From contig CM022665.1 in NCBI GenBank assembly GCA_012295275.1, forward strand, positions 43,896,001 through 43,960,000: a DNA stretch of 64,000 bases, given 5' to 3'. The stretch's first letter is position 1. Each line of letters begins with the position of its first letter. The notes below the pieces were generated by a model that did no database searches, was not told the DNA's origin, and saw only the letters and a list, made by a program, of their open reading frames with translations. Positions 62,281 through 64,000 of this stretch are shown here, one piece after another. The DNA comes from Chrysomallon squamiferum (taxonomy: Eukaryota; Animalia; Mollusca). Both the position numbers and the translations under genes were made by a program.

Positions 62281-64000
62281 TTTAAACACAATAATTTAAT
62301 CAAATTTAATATTTAGTTTAAAAGAAAGACGAAAAAAAAAAAAAAAAGGATTAAAAATAGATAAAGAAAGGAGGGGAAAAAAAAAAAAAAAAGAAGAAAA
62401 AGTCGTCTGCTGTGACGTTTCAGCTTTACGACGAGTAATCCACCCTTGTTCGGAGCTCTTTTGTTGTGGAAATTATTAATCTATTGGCTTGTAGCGGAAG
62501 CCTGGCAGACGAGAGCTGAGCAAGAGGCAGATTTCGTTTTCTCAGACTGCTATTGATTGCCGTCTGTCTGTTTCGTCATTCGGCGCGAGCTGATTTACAA
62601 ACAGCCAAACATGGCGGGAATTCGGAGAACGAGAAGGGAAGTTTGATTAACGAGACACCTCAGCCGAATATTTCCAACATGCCATTAGATGACTAATGTA
62701 TTATTTTGTGTGGAAGTACAATGTCCAAATTTAATAAAATAAAATAAAATAAAATAAAAAAAAATAAAATAAAATAAAATTTTTAAAAATTACTACTGTC
62801 AGTCGACTGAAGAAGGATTTTTATTAGTTTGACAACATATTCCGAAAAATTAGATTTAAAAAATCAATAAATAAAAAAAAAAATAAATAAATGAAAAAAT
62901 CAATTAAAAAAAAAATAAAATAAAATAAAAATATTGCAGACGTTGAAAAATTAGATTAATAAATAAATAAATAAATAAATAAATGAAAAAAATCAATAAA
63001 AATTAAAAAAATATTGCAGACGTTGGGGGCAGGTTATAATCAACGAACTAATAGTCTGTTACTATCAATCGATCCGACAACGCGCGGCGCCTCGGGCATA
63101 AATGCTTCTACAAAAAAAAAAAAAAAAAAAAGAATTTGCACCAGCCCCCGTGCGCTGTGTTAGAATACAAATCCACTTTCACAGTCAGATATTGATTGTT
63201 ATTTGCTGTGGCTTATCCAATGAGTAACAACACTTCACTCGGGCCATCATTTCAGCTGCAACGTAAACAGTTTTTGTTTTTCGGTGTCAAAGGTTTACGT
63301 TGTAGAAAAAGAGCGAGGGGGGGGGGGACAGGTGTTTTTGGTAAAAACGGGGTACGGTCGAAAACGACCTTGTCGTGCGTACGAACTGTCTCTTTACGAG
63401 GAAATGTTTTAAGAAAACAGCAATGGGGGTCATGGACAAATAAAATTAATCACAGTTAAAACTGTTGTCCATTTTGACGTTCAGGGATTGAACGGCAAAT
63501 AAGCCAGAACGTTTTTTGTCTTTTATTAAACGAATTTGGTACTAGATCGTCTCGCGTAACGAGAATGTTTTGACGAAAAAGGTTGTAAGGAGGCACCCTT
63601 TTACTTAATACATCCACACCCATCTTCCTACGCAAAAACAACGCGTAGTTCGTCAGTGTTTTTTTTTTTTTTTTTTTTTTGCATAGATTCCACGTCACAG
63701 CGGGCGAGTGATGGAATTAATGTGTGAAAATGATGTTTTAACATCTTCTAGCCTAGCTATAATTACGTCATTTACAATTAATTTTCATAACTGTCTGCAT
63801 TTTGAAGTAATAGCGAGGTTTTTTTTTTTTTTTTTTTTTTATAGGTTTATAAATGACATGATAAATGTCAACAGATTCGTTTAATGCCAGTGATATGTAA
63901 TGAGATCAGAATGTTGTAGAATTTATATTATCTCTAATGGAATAATATATAAAAAAAAATAATAATAATAATATTTTAAAAAATGCTGTGACTGGTGATT
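59750..64000. promoter_or_regulatory. CpG-retaining region, probably unmethylated regulatory or promoter-proximal DNA
   Basis: Frequent CG dinucleotides (cggcgcgagc at 62581, cgcgcggcgcctcggg at 63081) compared with CpG-poor introns; YY1-like aaacatggcg at 62607. Confidence 0.4.

Noticed and set aside
62611-62646. ATGGCG as the start of a new + strand gene
   Set aside because: The frame closes after 11 codons with no convincing donor; kept only as a YY1-like motif.

Overview
Very AT-rich, microsatellite-dense eukaryotic genomic DNA (animal, probably a lophotrochozoan such as a mollusc; taxon is inference). It holds the 3' part of one spliced + strand gene of the PLEKHH1/PLEKHH2/MAX-1 family (PH-PH-MyTH4-FERM). 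I traced 20 coding exons from 422 to the stop codon at 52764, mostly with consistent GT-AG phases. The most striking feature is that many exon-intron junctions have seeded their own private tandem array. Each unit is a copy of the local splice site plus adjacent exon and intron bases, and each array extends into the intron, leaving dozens of decoy donors and acceptors. Donor arrays follow the exons ending at 504, 11207, 15682, 20389 and 22658. Acceptor arrays precede the exons starting at 19490, ~22459, 25883 and 44087. A degenerate array begins at the stop codon. Two exons beside arrays are garbled, one expected FERM exon is not recognisable, and 'ghost' offset duplications suggest blended haplotypes of length-polymorphic VNTRs. 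After ~59.5 kb the CpG content rises sharply, suggesting an unmethylated regulatory region. Almost all ORFs in the supplied track are microsatellite artefacts.
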